A stretch of 64,000 nt of DNA, taken from contig CAVYGB010000010.1 in assembly GCA_963767925.1 (NCBI GenBank), positions 928,001-992,000 of the forward strand, in the 5' to 3' direction. How positions within the stretch are numbered: position 1 is the stretch's first letter; each line of letters starts with the position of its first letter. The notes below the pieces were generated by a model that searched no databases, was not told the DNA's origin, and saw only the letters and a list, made by a program, of their open reading frames with translations. Made by a program: the position numbers and the translations under genes. Positions 23,580 to 33,673 of this stretch are shown here, piece by piece. Source of the DNA: an uncultured delta proteobacterium (GTDB lineage Bacteria > Myxococcota_A > Polyangia > Fen-1088).

Positions 23580-23595
23580 TGCATCCGACGTGCCG
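23580..23595 (-). promoter_or_regulatory. Putative sigma-54 -24/-12 promoter
   Basis: Minus strand CGGCACGTCGGATGCA (GG-N10-GC, close to TGGCACG-N4-TTGCA), just upstream of the RBS of 23110..23556. Confidence 0.55.
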
Positions 23596-23631
23596 CTTCC
23601 TGGCGTCTGGATCCTGGCAGTCGCTGGAAGC

Positions 23632-24957
23632 TCACGTCCCCGTCACCCGCGTGGCCTCGAGCGCGTCGGCGTAGCGCGCGTGCAGGACGCCGTAGTCCGG
23701 CTCGCTGACCTGCAGGGCACTTTCCGAGTAGACCATCTCGACGTGCCGCCGCACCTCCCGCCGGCGCATCTCGACCGTGGCCGCCGCTCCGATCTGCGCG
23801 AGGGCCGCCAGCAGGTGAAGGCGCATCCCCGCGTAGCCGCGGGCATGCCGGCGGATCTCATCGAAAGCTGCGTCGAGCAACCCGGCAAAGCCGGGATTGA
23901 CCGCCACGACTCGCAGCCGTCCATCCAGGTCCCCTCGGTGTGGCGCCCGCAAACCGCAGCGGGCGACCTCGGTCAGGGAGGCGGCCAGCCAATCCACACA
24001 CCCCATGGCGGTGAAGGGGTCGTTGATACCGGGTGACAGCGCCCGGATCGCGACCTCGACCAGCTGCCGGATCACGAAGTGGGCGTCTTGCTCCTCGGTG
24101 CGATGCTCGCCGATGATGAAGGCCTGCCGCGCGGCCGAGTCCAGCTCCGGCGATACGGCCGCCGCCGGGTGAGCCGTGAGCAGCGGCCTCCGGGCTATCA
24201 CGAAGTCTCCCGGACGGACGGCGAGCCGCCAGACGAGCTCATTCCTTTGCGCCAGATCCAGCAGAACGTCGAGGTCGACCACCTGCAGATAGCCGCTGCG
24301 ATCGGCCTCGACCACGCTGCCATCGGCCGGCACCGTGGATGGCAGGGGATCACCCGGGGGCTCTCGATCGACCGGCGCTCCATCTTTCGGTCCCGGCATG
24401 AGGTGACGGGCGAGGGCAGCCTGGAGCAGGCGTCCAAGACCGGCGATCACGACCGGGGCCTGGAGCGAAAGGGAGGTGTGGTGGATGAAGTAGACCAGCA
24501 CGGCGAGGCAGAGAAGGGCGAGGGCGAACGCTCCGCTCACGCCAACCTGAGGCACGAAGACGTTCTCCTCCATCGAACGGATCGTCCGCAGAATCACCAG
24601 GCAATAGGCGAAAGTCCCGACGAAGGTCCCCAGGACGAGCTGGTTGCTCCGATCCTGCATGAAATTGCGGAGGAGCCGGGGGCCGAACTGCTGCGAGGCC
24701 TGCGTCAGGGTCACGATGGTGATCGAGAAGGCCACCCCGCCAACCGTGATGATGGAAGCCGCGATGGTGGACAGCAGCGCCCGGGCGCCATCACTGCCAC
24801 CCTCGTACAGCCAGCTCGACCCCGCACGTCCATCCCAGACAACTTCGGCCTGCAGCGCCGCCGCCGCCAGCGTCAAGCCGCAGGCCATCATGACCAGCGG
24901 TATGAAAAGATAGTTCGACCCGAGAACGTTCCACAGATGCCGGAGGCGGGTTCCCAC
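23632..24957 (-). CDS. DUF2254-family membrane protein
   Basis: ARALLSTIAAS..FSITIVTLTQASQQFGPRLLRNF, EQD..F.IRQLVEVAIRALSPGINDPFTA. Confidence 0.88.
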   Translation of the reverse strand: MGTRLRHLWNVLGSNYLFIPLVMMACGLTLAAAALQAEVVWDGRAGSSWLYEGGSDGARALLSTIAASIITVGGVAFSITIVTLTQASQQFGPRLLRNFMQDRSNQLVLGTFVGTFAYCLVILRTIRSMEENVFVPQVGVSGAFALALLCLAVLVYFIHHTSLSLQAPVVIAGLGRLLQAALARHLMPGPKDGAPVDREPPGDPLPSTVPADGSVVEADRSGYLQVVDLDVLLDLAQRNELVWRLAVRPGDFVIARRPLLTAHPAAAVSPELDSAARQAFIIGEHRTEEQDAHFVIRQLVEVAIRALSPGINDPFTAMGCVDWLAASLTEVARCGLRAPHRGDLDGRLRVVAVNPGFAGLLDAAFDEIRRHARGYAGMRLHLLAALAQIGAAATVEMRRREVRRHVEMVYSESALQVSEPDYGVLHARYADALEATRVTGT

Positions 24958-25035
24958 CCCCTCAAGATAGGGACTCGAACCGGATCCGGCCCTGGACCTG
25001 GCCCTGCGCCCGCTCGACTGGCCGCCGGCCTGGCG

Positions 25036-25371
25036 TCAGCCTCGTCTGGCCCGCTCGCCGGGCGAGGAGGTGCGCCTGGTCTGTCTGCCCCTGAGGTTGC
25101 TGTCCGGCTTCTGCCGGTTGCTCGCTCCCCGGGTCGACTTGCGGGATGGTCGCTTCTTCGAGTCTTCGAGAGCGTACGCCGCCTTCCGGGCCGCGGCTTT
25201 CGACCGATTGCGGGCGGCCGTGGATGCGCCGCCCGCCTTGCGGTCGGTGGCGCTCACGCCTGGCTTGGCGGTGTCCACGGGAACGTCTCGACGGGGGGCC
25301 TTGCTCTTTTTCGGTCGCCCGGGGCCGGAACGCTCGGCCTGGGAACGGAAACGCTCGCTTTTGGTACCCAT
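25036..25371 (-). CDS. Small, very basic hypothetical protein
   Basis: 111 aa MGTKSERFR...AYALEDSKKRPSRKSTR...RARRG; about 30% Lys+Arg by manual count. Confidence 0.6.
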   Translation of the reverse strand: MGTKSERFRSQAERSGPGRPKKSKAPRRDVPVDTAKPGVSATDRKAGGASTAARNRSKAAARKAAYALEDSKKRPSRKSTRGASNRQKPDSNLRGRQTRRTSSPGERARRG

Positions 25372-25555
25372 GCCGCCCATTGTGCCGGAGATTCCTGGCC
25401 ACGTCCCGAACGAGCCAGACCCGCGGCCACCCGACACCGGATTTCCCGGGTTGGTCTGGCAACGGCTGGCAGACCGGCCGCGGTTTTGCACGCCTCCGGG
25501 TGCAGGTGGTTGGTCGCGCAGTCCAGATGTCCGCCGACGAAGCGGAAAGGAGCCG

Positions 25556-26785
25556 ATGACGATGATGACGACCGCTGGATTCGGGGCTCGGGCAAGGCGG
25601 TTCGCAGGGCGTCGGACCTTCTGCCTGCTCACCACCTGGGTGATCCTGGCGGCAGGCACGGATGTCCGGCGAGCGCAGGCACAGGCCCAGCCCGGTGCGA
25701 CCCACCAGTTCCTGCCGCCCCCCGGGACATACATCGCCGACGCCTTCGCCTTGCGCGAGGATGGGGCGCAGCTGGCCTACGTCACCACGGGCGGGACGAA
25801 GAACTTCGTGCTCCATGTCGTGGATCTCGGCACAACGCCGCGGCAGCGGGAGATCGCAATCCCCGGGCGGGTCGAGTCGCTGCACTGGCTGGGACCGGGG
25901 CGGCTCCTGGTCGTCGGGCCCTCGAAGCCGGGCGGGCGCCTGGTCGGCTCGGCATTCAACGAGGCAGGCCCCGAAGCGTCGATCGTCGGCCCCGCTGACC
26001 ACATCGCGCTGGGCGCCTGGCAGGGCAAGCCGGTGATCACCGCCTACACGAGGGCCCGCGGAAAGGCGGGTTTGCACGAACTGGTAGCCTTCGATCCGGT
26101 CGCCCTGCAGCCCGTGACGAGCCGGAAGTTCCAGGTCGACCAGCGGCAACGGCTGGAGGTGAACGGAGAGAAGGTCAGGCTGTTGTGGTGGGGCCAGGAC
26201 TTCACGTTCGCGGCGGTGCGTCACCCCGGCAAGTACGACCCCGCTCGGGACCTGCGACTCCCCGACCGCTTCGGCCGGGTCGATCTGCTCTCGAACACCC
26301 TGATCGACGACGCGCCCATCGTCCCCTCGGGCTTCGCCCGCCTGGCGTCCTTTCAACGCCTCCATCCCGGCGAGTCGCTCTTCGTTCACCTCGATCCGCG
26401 CGACCAGAAGCTGCTGCTGGTCGACGGGGCCAACTCTCGTACTCTGGAGCCCGTCCGGCCCCTTGGCAAATACGACCCCAGCAGGATGAGCACCCAGATC
26501 GTCGGCAGCGATGAGGTGCTCGTCTCCCTGACCGTCGACCCGCTCAATCGCGAGGCCGCTGCCCGCCGGCAACGCGATCCACACGAGATCGAGATCTACT
26601 CGGTGAACCGCGCCACGGGTGCCATGAAGCTCCGCCTGATCCTTAACGGGGAGAATCGGCCCGCCCGCTGGCACGCTGGCGGAGGCAACCTGGCGCTCCT
26701 GAGGCAACACCGCGGGTTCTCGCGGGGAGGTGTCGTGCTGCAGGTATATGCGCTGCCTGAAACCGTGGGTCGCCACCTTCGCTGA
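25556..26785 (+). CDS. Secreted hypothetical protein, probably beta-propeller-like
   Basis: AAGGAG RBS, signal-peptide-like N-terminus ending AQAQA, beta-strand-rich repeats (DGAQLAYVT, LHWLGPGRLLVV). Confidence 0.65.
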   Translation: MTMMTTAGFGARARRFAGRRTFCLLTTWVILAAGTDVRRAQAQAQPGATHQFLPPPGTYIADAFALREDGAQLAYVTTGGTKNFVLHVVDLGTTPRQREIAIPGRVESLHWLGPGRLLVVGPSKPGGRLVGSAFNEAGPEASIVGPADHIALGAWQGKPVITAYTRARGKAGLHELVAFDPVALQPVTSRKFQVDQRQRLEVNGEKVRLLWWGQDFTFAAVRHPGKYDPARDLRLPDRFGRVDLLSNTLIDDAPIVPSGFARLASFQRLHPGESLFVHLDPRDQKLLLVDGANSRTLEPVRPLGKYDPSRMSTQIVGSDEVLVSLTVDPLNREAAARRQRDPHEIEIYSVNRATGAMKLRLILNGENRPARWHAGGGNLALLRQHRGFSRGGVVLQVYALPETVGRHLR

Positions 26786-26900
26786 CCTCCGCGCCGGACC
26801 CCGCCGGCGATAGTCCACCGCCGGGACGGTTTCGGGGCTAAGAACACGGGTGCTTGCCGGGTGTCGCGACGTTCGCGGCCGCCGAACAGGGAGGTTTTCG

Positions 26901-28958
26901 ATGTCGGGTGTGCGTACGCGTTGGTGGCTTCTCAGCGGGTTGATCGCCGCCCTGCCCATGTCCGCGCGGGGGGACGAGGGTCTGTGGACGTTCGAGCAGG
27001 CCACCCGGACCGAGATCGCCCAGCGCCTCGGAATGGTGGGCGGGCAAACCTCCCACCAGCGCGTGCGCGGCAACGTCGTCAGATTCGCCTCCGGCCCCTC
27101 GGGGGCGCTGGTCTCCCCGCAGGGCCTCGTGGTCACCGTCCGCCGCGCGGCCGTACCCTGCCTGCAGGCCTGGAGCCGATCGGGCACCGATTATCTCCAG
27201 GACGGGTTCAGCACCGGTGACGGCCAGGACCTCGGCTGCCCGGGTCTGTCGCTCGAACGGGTGGTGGACAGCGAGGACGTCACCGCCCGGCTCCGCGCCG
27301 GGCTCGCCCCTGGCGCCGAGATCCCGCGCGACCGGATCGCGTCCTTCGAGCAGGAATGTCGGGCGCGCGGCGGTCTGGAATGTCGGGTGTCGGCCCTGTT
27401 CGGCGGGGCGGTGATGCGGCTCGAACGCCATCGGCGCCACGACGACGTCCGGCTGGTGTTTGCCCCCGAGTTCCGGGCGGCGGCGTTCGGGACGCCGACC
27501 GCACGCATGGGCTTTCCCCGGTACGCCCTGGACGTGGCGTTTTTCCGGATCTACGAGGGCGGCAGGCCGCTGCAGTCGGGCCCAGCGATCCCCTGGAACG
27601 CCGCTGGCCCGGCGGCCCGAGATCGCGTGACCATCGCCGGGTTTCCGGGTGAGACCGAGCGGCACCTGCCCTGGGCGTTCCTCGAGCTGCTCGGCTCGCC
27701 GGTCTACCGCCTGCAAGCGCAATCGGCCCGGGCGCAGGCCCAGACGCTCCTGGCCTCCTCGCGCAAGCAGCCCGAGTCACCCATCGAGGAGGACGCTCGG
27801 GCCCGGCTCGAGCATCTGGGCGCCCTGTTCGGTGGGAGCCTGGCGCTTCTGCAGAACGAACCCATCCGGCGCCGGCTGCGCGCAGAAGAGGCACGCTGGC
27901 GCGGCCTGATCGAGAAGGTCGATCCCGAAGGTGCCCGGACCGCCCAGGCCGCCGTGACGGCGGCCCGCGCCGCCTACGCCGGGTTCTACCAGCGGCACAT
28001 CCTCATCGAGGGCGATCGCCTGCCGCCCTTCGGACGCCTGTTCGACCTCGGCCGCAAGCTGGTCCGCTGGACGCAGGAGAGGTCCCGCCCGGAAGGTGAG
28101 CGACTATCCGAGTACCGGGGCGCGAACCTCGGCGCGCTGGAGCGCGAGCTGTCGTCGAGCGTCCCGCTGGCGCCGGTGGGGGAACGCCTGCTGATCGAGT
28201 CCGGACTGGTCCAGCTCGGCGCCAGACTGGGGGGCAAGGATCCGCTGGTGGCGGCGCTCGGCGAGGAAGGGCCCGCCGCCCGCGCCGAGCGGATCCTCAC
28301 CGGGACCCGCCTGATGGAGCCCGCGGCGCGAAAGAAGATTCTCGAGTCCGGCACGCTGGGCGACGCCGCCGAGGATCCCCTGCTGGTGTTCGTCAGGGCG
28401 GTGGAAACCGAAGCCCGGCCCCTGCGCGCGCGTTACGACCGGGAGGTGGAAGGCAACCTCATGGTGTACGCCGGCCACGTCGGCCGCCAGCGGAGCGCCG
28501 CCACGAACGGCGTTCCCGAGTACTCCGATGCGGGACGCGACTTTCGCTTCTCCTCCGGGACCGTGGTCGGTTACCAGGACTCCGGCCGGATCGTCCCTTC
28601 CCAGACCACCTTCGCGGGCATGGTGGCTCGCGCGGCCTGGGCGCGGCCCGGGTCGCCCTGGGCCCTGCCGCCGCGCTGGCGCGACCGGAAGCGCCGGGTG
28701 GCGCTCACCACCCCGATCAACTTCCTGACCGACGCCGACGTGGGCAGCGGCGCCCCCGGGGCGGTGGTTCTCGATCGGCTGGGTCAGGCGGTCGGCGTGA
28801 TAATCGACGTGACCCGCAAGTCGGCCGTCAACCGGCTCCTCTACCGGGACCGGAACGACCGGGCCATCGCCGTCCACGCCGCCGGAATCGTCGAAGCGCT
28901 CCGGCAGGTCTACGACGCGGGCAAGCTGGCCGACGAGCTGGCGGGCGGTGGCGCCTGA
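26901..28958 (+). CDS. S46 (DPP7/DAP BII) peptidase homologue, catalytic residues degenerate
   Basis: DEGLW N-terminus, SGALVSPQGLVVT, DVRLVFAPE, FPRYALDVAFFRIY, IAGFPGETER, DA..DFRFSSGTV, INFLTDAD, RAIAVH. Catalytic motifs are altered (see findings). Confidence 0.85.
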   Translation: MSGVRTRWWLLSGLIAALPMSARGDEGLWTFEQATRTEIAQRLGMVGGQTSHQRVRGNVVRFASGPSGALVSPQGLVVTVRRAAVPCLQAWSRSGTDYLQDGFSTGDGQDLGCPGLSLERVVDSEDVTARLRAGLAPGAEIPRDRIASFEQECRARGGLECRVSALFGGAVMRLERHRRHDDVRLVFAPEFRAAAFGTPTARMGFPRYALDVAFFRIYEGGRPLQSGPAIPWNAAGPAARDRVTIAGFPGETERHLPWAFLELLGSPVYRLQAQSARAQAQTLLASSRKQPESPIEEDARARLEHLGALFGGSLALLQNEPIRRRLRAEEARWRGLIEKVDPEGARTAQAAVTAARAAYAGFYQRHILIEGDRLPPFGRLFDLGRKLVRWTQERSRPEGERLSEYRGANLGALERELSSSVPLAPVGERLLIESGLVQLGARLGGKDPLVAALGEEGPAARAERILTGTRLMEPAARKKILESGTLGDAAEDPLLVFVRAVETEARPLRARYDREVEGNLMVYAGHVGRQRSAATNGVPEYSDAGRDFRFSSGTVVGYQDSGRIVPSQTTFAGMVARAAWARPGSPWALPPRWRDRKRRVALTTPINFLTDADVGSGAPGAVVLDRLGQAVGVIIDVTRKSAVNRLLYRDRNDRAIAVHAAGIVEALRQVYDAGKLADELAGGGA

Positions 28959-28992
28959 CCGCCTGCGCCGCCCGGCAAGCTCGCCCATCGTC

Positions 28993-30420
28993 ATGGATTC
29001 TACCTCTCACGACCTCCTGGTCATCGGCAGCGGACCGGCCGGCAGCAGCGCCGCGGTGACGGCCGCCTCCTTCGGCAAACGTGTGGCCCTCGTCGAACGC
29101 GAAAAGGCGGTCGGTGGGGCTGGCATCAACACCGGCACCATCCCCAGCAAGGCCCTCCGGGAGAGCGCCCTGCTGCTCTCGGGCTGGCGATCGCGCCGCC
29201 TGCTCGGCGTCGAGGTGAGTCTGCGGCAACAGGCGACGATCGCCGAGCTCACCTACCACTCGGCGCAGGTGCGACGAGATCTGCGGGCCGTCACCGAGGA
29301 GCGCCTCGCGGGCGGCCGGACCGAAACCGTGACCGGCGAGGCTTCTTTCGTCGACCCACACACCTTGCGGGTCGCGACACCCGACGGTTCCAGCCGTTCC
29401 CTGCGGGGTGAGCGGATCTTGATCGCCGTCGGATCATCGCCGGTGCGGCCGGCGCAGTTCCCCTTCGACCATCCCCACGTCCACGACTCCGATCAGATCC
29501 TCGAGATCACGAACTTGCCCCGCTGCCTGGCCGTCGTCGGCGCCGGAGTGATAGGCGCGGAATACGCCTGCACGTTCGCGGCCCTCGGGGTGGAAGTGCA
29601 CCTGATCGATGGGCGCAGCACGCTCCTGCCCTTCCTCGACTCCGAGATCTCGGCCGCCATCGCCGCCGGCATGGAGCGGGCAGGAATCCAGCTTCACTGG
29701 GAGCGCCGGGTCACCGCCTGCACGATCGACCCGGAGGAGGCCGTCTCGCTCACCCTCTCCGGGGGCGAAAAGCTGCGGTGCTCGGACGTTCTCGTCGCCG
29801 CGGGACGGAGCCGCAACAGCGGCGCGCTCGACCTGGCGGCCGCCGGTGTGGTCACGGCAAAGCGCGGTTTGATCCCCGTCAATCTCCATCATCAGACCTC
29901 GGTTCCGCACATCTACGCCGCCGGAGACGTCGTCGGAGCCCCTGCCCTGGCGGCGACGGCCATGGAACAGGGGCGCGCGGCCGTCTACCATGCCTTCGGT
30001 ATGGCGGGGAAGACCAGCGCCGACCTGCTACCGACCGGCATCTACACCATCCCCGAGGCGAGCATGTGCGGACTGACCGAAGCTCAGGCGAAGAGCTCGG
30101 GCGCCGCCTACCTCGTGGGGCGCGCGCGCTACCACGACAATGCGCGGGGGAACCTGATCGGAGATCGCGACGGCCTGCTGAAGCTGATCTTCCGGCGCGA
30201 GGACATGCGCCTCCTGGGAGTCCACGTCGTCGGAGAGCAGGCCACCGAGGTGGTGCACGTCGGCATGATGGCGCTGCTCGCCGAGGCGGGGGCCAGCCTC
30301 TTCGATCGCGCCTGCTTCAACTATCCAACCCTCGGCAACCTCTACAAGCTGGCGACCTACGACGCCCTCCTGCAACGACTCGACCTCGGCACGGGCGCGA
30401 TGCCCCCTCCCAGCCACTGA
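28993..30420 (+). CDS. sthA: Soluble pyridine nucleotide transhydrogenase
   Basis: VIGSGPAG, INTGTIPSKALRE, VVGAGVIGAEYA, YAAGDVVG, PTGIYTIPE, FNYPTL..LYKLA. Confidence 0.88.
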   Translation: MDSTSHDLLVIGSGPAGSSAAVTAASFGKRVALVEREKAVGGAGINTGTIPSKALRESALLLSGWRSRRLLGVEVSLRQQATIAELTYHSAQVRRDLRAVTEERLAGGRTETVTGEASFVDPHTLRVATPDGSSRSLRGERILIAVGSSPVRPAQFPFDHPHVHDSDQILEITNLPRCLAVVGAGVIGAEYACTFAALGVEVHLIDGRSTLLPFLDSEISAAIAAGMERAGIQLHWERRVTACTIDPEEAVSLTLSGGEKLRCSDVLVAAGRSRNSGALDLAAAGVVTAKRGLIPVNLHHQTSVPHIYAAGDVVGAPALAATAMEQGRAAVYHAFGMAGKTSADLLPTGIYTIPEASMCGLTEAQAKSSGAAYLVGRARYHDNARGNLIGDRDGLLKLIFRREDMRLLGVHVVGEQATEVVHVGMMALLAEAGASLFDRACFNYPTLGNLYKLATYDALLQRLDLGTGAMPPPSH

Positions 30421-30487
30421 CACGCGACCACCCCGGACCGGAGACGCCGCCCACGAGAATCGACCGGGACGGAACGCCATGGTGGCT

Positions 30488-32071
30488 CTAGCGGGTCTCG
30501 TCTCGGTTGCCGAAACCCGCGTGACCATCCCAGATTCTCCTCATGTCGCCGTCGGGATCACCGTCCACCCGGCACTGTCGGTCGAAGATCATGGTCTTGC
30601 GTCCACCCACCTCATAACGCGGCCACTCCGGTAGCAGCCGTGACGTCGGGACGCCCGTGCGAGCGAAGGACGTCCACGCCTCGCACATCGCGGTCGCGAG
30701 CGGCTGAGCCTGGGCGACGTCGCCCACCACGCCTTCCCCCTGCGCGAGGTTGTCGAATACGAAGGGCACGTCGAGGCCATGGATCGCACCGAGAACGCCC
30801 TCGAAGACGGGCGAGTCCCAGTTGAATTGATACATGTAGGTGCGCCCGCCAGGCTGGCCGGCGTGGAGCTCCGCCGCGCGGATCGAACGCATCCGGTAGA
30901 GCGCATCGGTCTGGATCTGCGCCTGGACCCTGTAGCCGGAAGCATCGGGCATCAGCCTTCTGTACCGGGCGAGCACCTCTTTCCTCTGCTCTCGCGTCGC
31001 ACCGACCATTCCCGCGATCATGTAGTTGAACAACCGGGTCATGATCGCTTTGGGCCCGGGCACCGCCACGGCTGGAACGAGACCATCGTCGCGGTTGCTC
31101 CCGATCAAGAGATCGACGCTTCCCGAGGCCCCCCGCGCCAGCGCGTCGAGCACATCGCGCGGCATGAAGGCGGTGCCGTAGGCTCCGGCAAAGGGCAGCT
31201 TCGTGGCACTCATGTTGCCGAAGGGCGAGCCCCGCCGAAACAGCATCCGCTGCATGAGTGTACCCACGATCTTCTTGTTGGGCAGATCGGCCATCGCCTG
31301 GACGTCGCCTACCCCAACCTCCAGCTCCTTCAGGACGGCGCGCGTGAAGGCCAGGTGGTCCTCGATCGGCATCATGTTGATGGGTCCGCTTTGCATGATC
31401 GCGCGACGGAACAGCCCCGCACTGCGGGGCGAGACAAGAAGAGCCGCAACACCCGTCCCTCCGGCCGACTGCCCGAAGATGGTCACGTTGCCGGGATCGC
31501 CACCGAAGGCCGCGATGTTGTCCCGAACCCATTCGAGAGCGGCTACCTGGTCCATGAACGCCCGGTTCCCCACGCCCACCTCCCCCGGGAACAGCCCGTC
31601 CGCCGCCAGCAAACCCATCGCCGCCAGGCGATAGTTCAAGGTCACGACCACCACGCCATGCCTGGCCAGTGACGCACCATCGGTGGCAGATGCGCTCGCG
31701 GCACCAACCGCCAGCCCTCCGCCGTGTATCCATACCATCACGGGGAGTGCGTGCTCCCGTCCCAGCGCGGTCGTCCAGACATTCAGGTTCAGGCAGTCGC
31801 TGCCCTGAGGCGCGGACAGCACCGACAACTTCATGTATTCGAAGGCTGCGGCGCCGAGCAGCAGGCGCGACATCCCGACCGGCGGTTGCTGCGGACAGAT
31901 CGCGCCGTACGAAGTGGCATCGAGGGTGCCCGACCAGGGAGCGCGCCTCTGGGGGGGGAGCCAGCGGTTGATGCCCTCGACGGGCGCCGCGTAAGGGATT
32001 CCCTTGAAGGCAAGCACCTCGGCCAACTGCGCCCCGCGCACGGTACCGCTCACGGTTTCGACGTCGAGCAT
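30488..32071 (-). CDS. Type B carboxylesterase/lipase
   Basis: FKGIPYAAP, DCLNLNVW, WIHGGG, FGGDPGNVTIFGQSAGG, GAIHGLDVPFVF. GGAGAGGAG RBS before ATG 32071. Confidence 0.92.
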   Translation of the reverse strand: MLDVETVSGTVRGAQLAEVLAFKGIPYAAPVEGINRWLPPQRRAPWSGTLDATSYGAICPQQPPVGMSRLLLGAAAFEYMKLSVLSAPQGSDCLNLNVWTTALGREHALPVMVWIHGGGLAVGAASASATDGASLARHGVVVVTLNYRLAAMGLLAADGLFPGEVGVGNRAFMDQVAALEWVRDNIAAFGGDPGNVTIFGQSAGGTGVAALLVSPRSAGLFRRAIMQSGPINMMPIEDHLAFTRAVLKELEVGVGDVQAMADLPNKKIVGTLMQRMLFRRGSPFGNMSATKLPFAGAYGTAFMPRDVLDALARGASGSVDLLIGSNRDDGLVPAVAVPGPKAIMTRLFNYMIAGMVGATREQRKEVLARYRRLMPDASGYRVQAQIQTDALYRMRSIRAAELHAGQPGGRTYMYQFNWDSPVFEGVLGAIHGLDVPFVFDNLAQGEGVVGDVAQAQPLATAMCEAWTSFARTGVPTSRLLPEWPRYEVGGRKTMIFDRQCRVDGDPDGDMRRIWDGHAGFGNRDETR

Positions 32072-32391
32072 TTCGTTCTCCTCTCCGTTCGGATTTGTAT
32101 CGCATCCTGGATGCCTGCAGCCTCCCGCCGGCATCGATGTTCGGGCAGGCGCTGCCCGCGCACCCCGGAGGGGCCGGCGCAACCCCCCCAGCAGGGGGGC
32201 CCTCAGCCCGGCAAACCTCGTCGCCCTCTCCAGGCTTGGCGACTGGAAGTTGCGCAACATCGAATCGGGATCAGGAGCATCCTTGCCGCTCGTGCCGGTG
32301 ACTCCGGAGTTCCCTCACTGCACGCCAGCTCGGACGGTCGATGGCGGAGAGGCTCCCTGACGTCGGACGGTGCAGGAGGTCCGGTTCAGAA

Positions 32392-33673
32392 TCAGTCAGG
32401 AACGGCGGAGCTCGCGGCCTGTTCTGGTCTCGCCGCGAGCCGGCCTGTCGCCGGCAGCGGCTCGATCGACCCCAGACCCGCCCGGCCGCCCGCTCGAGCG
32501 ACGCAGAGCCGATCGATGAGGCCAATGAGCTGGTCGATATCGAACGGTTTGCTCAGGTAGCTCGTACCAGCGGTCTGGCAGGCGCTGGCGATGCTGGGAT
32601 GGTCCGCCTCGTATCCCGACATGATCACCGCGGGCAGGCCCGGCTGGGCATCTCGCAATCGATGCAGCAACAGCAGGCCGCCCATGACCGGCATCTCGAG
32701 GTCCAGCAGGGCGATGTCGGGCGGATGGGTCTCCGCTATCGCCCGAGCCTGCTGGGCGCTGGTGGCGGCCGAGACCTCGAGCCCCCTCGCACCGAGCAGC
32801 GCGGCCAGCACCGAGACGGAGTCCCGGTGGTCGTCCACCACCAGCACCCGGAGACCGCGTAGCCGGCCCAGAACGATCTCCGCCGCCGGCCCTGGCGCCG
32901 CGCTGGACTGTACCGGCGCCTCCTGCCGGTCGAGGGGAATCGTGAAGAAGAAGGTCGACCCCTCCCCGGGCGCGCTGGTCACGCCGATCTGCCCCTGGTG
33001 GGCCTGGACGATCTGCTTGCTGATGTAAGAGGCCCAGGCCCAGGCACGATCGCGGGCCTGCCCGCTTCCGGCGCGCCAGTACTTGTCGAACACGCGCGAA
33101 GCCTCCTCCCTGGTGAGCCCCTCGCCCCGATCGATGACCGAGACGATCCCCCTCCCCTCGCCACTCCCGACGCGCACCGTGACGGGACGGTCCACTGGCG
33201 AATGCTGGAGGGCGTTCTGGACCAGGTTCCTGATCACCCGCTCGATGTGGTCCGGATCGATCGACACGGTTGGCTCGGCGTCGATCTCGAGGCGTACGCG
33301 GGCTCGCTCCCCGGAGGTCACGGTTCGTGCCAGCACGCTCTCGACGAGCGAAGCGAGCGGCACCCGCTGCAGGCGAGCCCCTGGCGCCACCGACTCCAGC
33401 CGGGCAACCCCGATCAGCTCGCGCACCAGACCAGAGATGAAAGCGGCGTTCTGGACGACAACCTCCAGCATGCGCGCCTCGTCGTGCAAGCCGAGCCCGC
33501 CGAGCCGCTCGCCCAGCTGACGCGCCTGGAGCCCGATGACCGACAAGGGGCTTCTCATGTCGTGAGCCGCGCTGATCGACCTGATCGACGAGCGAGGGTT
33601 CCTGCGCCCGGAGTCGCGCGCCCTCGGGCTCGATCCGAGGCACGATGGGCCCGGGGTCCGGTGGGCGCGTCAC
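32392..33673 (-). CDS. Hybrid histidine kinase (HisKA-HATPase-receiver) with probable sequencing indels
   Basis: H-box AAHDMRSPL, N-box NLVQNALQH, DRGEG, GSTFFF, receiver VLVVDD...DLEMP...SKPFD. G2 box GLGLGL is shifted out of frame at about 33030-33050. Start is uncertain (GTG 33673 needs one indel). Confidence 0.8.

Noticed and set aside
29113..29151. SthA lacking cysteines in GGAGINTGTIPSK
   Set aside because: Soluble transhydrogenases do not rely on the redox disulfide of related flavoproteins, so this is not evidence of inactivity.
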